From Monocercomonoides exilis PA203 (taxonomy: Eukaryota > Protista > Preaxostyla), in assembly GCA_001643675.2 (NCBI GenBank), contig LSRY02000050.1, forward strand, positions 310,001-374,000: DNA of 64,000 bases, in the 5' to 3' direction. The first letter of the stretch is position 1; the number at the start of each line of letters is the position of its first letter. This document shows, piece after piece, positions 61,050 through 64,000 of this stretch. Both the position numbers and the translations under genes were made by a program. The notes under the pieces are model-generated. The model saw only the letters and a list, made by a program, of their open reading frames with translations, made no database searches and was not told where the DNA came from.

Positions 61050-64000
61050 TCTTCATAATCCTCTTCTTGTTCTGTTTCACTGCTGAGAATGCCGTCAACT
61101 GCATTCGGAAGAGCACTCAAACGAAGCAGAGGGAGAAAAGCGCTTGCTGCCTTCAAGCGGACGATCTGTAAAAAAAAGCACATGCAGAATCAAGGATAGC
61201 TCTACCAGAATTTAAATCAGAAGAGCTGGGGCTGACAAACAAGATGGGAGGAAGTGGAAATAACATTAATAATAATAATAATTATAGCAGCTAGAAGAAG
61301 AAGCTATTCCGTGTAGGGATGGAACAAGTACCGCTAGCTATTTCAAGAGGAAGACCATTGAAGATGAAGAGGAAGCGAATGATGACTGCAATGGGGTTAA
61401 GTCAGCAGGGGAAGAAGAGCGAAGGATGAACAAATGCATATGCGACAGCGCAGAATGCGAGGTGTTCGGAGTCAGCTGCTACGGCATTGGAGAGTAAGAG
61501 GAAGCTTGGAAACAAAGAGAAGGAGAAGGAGAAGGAAAAGGAGAGAGAAAAGGAAAAGGAGAAAGAGAAAGAGAAGGGAAGAATAATTTATGTGTTTAAA
61601 GAGCTTCCATCAGATGAATTGGAGTTTGGAAGGCAAAGAGGAGCAAAGCGAATGTGAAAGGGAAAGGAAAAGCAAAAGGAAAAGCATTTCGATCAAAGAC
61701 AAGTCCGACGATGGGTTCATAAGCTGTCCTAAGTGAGCTTCTTTCGAAAAAGTTGGAGCTGCTTTGTGTGGCAGAAGGCAGCCTAACATTTGACTCTTCT
61801 GAATCTGACACTCGTGAGACAAGTGGAAGAAGTGAATGAAACACTGATGGGAATGAATATGACGAGGAAGTGGATGATGATGATGATGAGAAGGAGGAGA
61901 AAGAAGAGAATGATGATGATGAGGAAGAGGAAAAAGAAGAAAACGTGGAGTTAGACAGGATCCTTAGTGTGAAGATTTTTTTTGACAAGCACACAAGCCA
62001 GCCGGTAGACACCGAAAAAGGCAGATCTGTTTTTGAATATGACACCTCGAACACATGCAACTCGGCAAAAATGAGAGAAAACAGCTCAGTCGAAGCAACA
62101 TTTAATGAAGCTGAGATGAAGGAGAGGCAGAAGAAGGAGGCAGTTACGAAGCTGAAGAAGAACACACAGAAACTGACATATGGAAAGATCATCTTAACAA
62201 TCAAGCCAACCGACCTTCTGCTTCCGACTAATGTTGTTCAGGAAGAGGAAAGAAAGGAAAAGACGCCAAAAAGAAAGATGTGGCTGAGAGGCAAAGGGAA
62301 TAATGTGAATTATTTGAAGCGGAATGAAGAGAGGAAAGAGTGAGTGAATGGAGCAGGTGCAGCAGACACTGAAGAAGCAGAAGAAGACAGTGAAGATGAT
62401 GACAATGACGATAGCGATGATAGTGACGTTGGTGATGATGAAGACAGTTTGGATATAACACGATCTGCTGACGCATCAAATGCCAATAAAACAGTCAAGG
62501 CAGCAGAAAGAAAAGCAGACCCAAATACACTCCTTACCCTGCGCTTCTCTCGCAAGCAGCGAAAGACGCTTTCATCAGTATACATAAAGAGCAATCAGAA
62601 GAAGTCGCATGTCACTTTCTCACACACCTCAACCATCTCCAGCGGAGAGCTCAGTTCGACCCCTCCGCAGTTTGCCTTTCCTTCAGCCAAGTCCACAAAG
62701 GAAAATGAAGAGAAAGAAGACGACGAGAACACAATTGGCTCAGAAGGCAGCAGAAAAGACAGGCAGCACCCGCCAGAAGACACAGCAGCCACATCTTGGT
62801 GGCTGTTTCTGTGTCACGAAAACATCTTGTCTTATCTGCCATCAGAGCATCACTCGGCAGAGCAACGCAGGCACGCCTCTGAGCAGCTGCGGTAAACATG
62901 TTTGCGACGGCTTCTTTATGAGAGAGTTTTTCTAGCCAGACAGGCATGCCAATGCAAATGGAGAAGACGGAGGAGGAGAAGGAGGAGTGGATGATTTTGG
63001 GAATGTCACTCCGTGTGAGAGTAAATACAGATAGAATGCAGGGCTGAAGAAGCTGTTTGTGCGATTGACGCAGCAGGTTGGGGAGAAAGAAGGTGCTGTT
63101 TTGCTTCATTCACACGGAGAGGCGCTGTTCCATTTTTTTAACCAACTCAAGTCACCGCAGCTTCCAAAGCCCACAACCTTTCCATCATCTCACACCGGGG
63201 CAACGGGGGGAGTATTGGCAAATGATGCGAACTCGTTTCTGAGCCTGTTGTGTGGAACGAGGCTGTTCAGCTTTGGAGGAGAAGATACTGTGAGAGATGC
63301 ACAAATGATTATGAATATGAGAAAGGAGATGAATGTGTGGAGAGGAGAAAGAAGGGCAGCTGTTGAAGGAGGGGACGAGGCAAGAGACAGTTGAGATGTT
63401 CTGCGAAGAGAGAAAAACATTTGGCACTGTGTCTGATGTGCAGAATAAGATCAATAGAAAGAATGATAATGGCTTCTCTTTTAACACAATTGACAATTAA
63501 ACATTTGCCGTCAACACGATTATTTGTAGACCCGTTTCTGTTTGCTTCGTCTGTCTTAATCAAAGACAAGTTAATATTGCAGTATGCAACCGAAAATGCA
63601 TTTTTTGTTTCTCCGCCGAGAATAACATGCGTCACATCCATCGGAGAAACTCTATTCGAACTGACAGATTCAACACACACAATGTTGCTCCGCTGCGCGT
63701 TGAATAGCCACATAAAGAAGAGCAGCCTTCGATTCTGCCTTTTTCTCTCAAGTTTTCATGTGTGCTTCTTGTCAACATGTGCCCTCTCCATCTTTCTCAT
63801 CCACTCACTTATATCGTCCGCACTCTGCTTTCAGAGATGCTTTCAGCATCTTTCACTTCATCTTCGTGTTCTCAATTCCTTCTCTTTTCACCTCCTGCGT
63901 CACTTCTTTTTCTATTTCTCAGTCCATGTCATCCTCCAGAACAACACCTGCCATCATGTCGTTCTCCACTCAGCCCATTAGCCCTTCTGCCACCTCGTCC
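61050..64000 (+). pseudogene. Fragmented plus-strand coding sequence of unknown function
   Basis: Successive acidic/charged ORFs (61870-62343, 62344-62895, 63059-63394, 63391-63981) separated by single stops or frameshifts. No domain recognised. Confidence 0.35.

Noticed and set aside
48645-64000. Alternative genetic code (TAA/TAG=Gln, or TGA readthrough) to explain broken ORFs
   Set aside because: ORFs of 1000-2900 codons have no internal stops and end in TAA or TGA. The broken regions also contain frameshifts.

Overview
Eukaryotic, AT-rich, standard-code DNA with short GT-AG introns and many low-complexity poly-Ser/Glu/Lys tracts. The gene families resemble those of oxymonads such as Monocercomonoides; this is inferred from family resemblance, not from a search. 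Contents in order: (1) Two convergent, inverted paralogues of a giant Cys-rich type-I membrane protein (2-3571 +, 9161-16402 -). They are near-identical on both sides of a strongly diverged ~1.3-1.4 kb central cassette. The identity runs through a 3178-bp inverted repeat (1825-5002 / 7730-10907) whose inner ends carry a Merlin transposon end. (2) A 3-exon member of an expanded helical protein family. (3) A ~3480-aa two-exon beta-helix-like surface protein and a charged coiled-coil gene. (4) A hAT remnant. (5) A complete 6.5-kb Merlin/IS1595-like DNA transposon (39895-46396, 8-bp TSD CTTAGTTC) carrying a captured surface-protein gene fragment. The truncated Merlin copy at 4733-7729 carries a homologous fragment. 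(6) Degenerate genes, including a truncated ABCC transporter. (7) A TIR-bounded element whose 3-exon gene encodes a Sola-like DDD transposase with an in-frame, apparently catalytically intact USP (peptidase C19) deubiquitinase domain. This last element is the most novel-looking system in the window.
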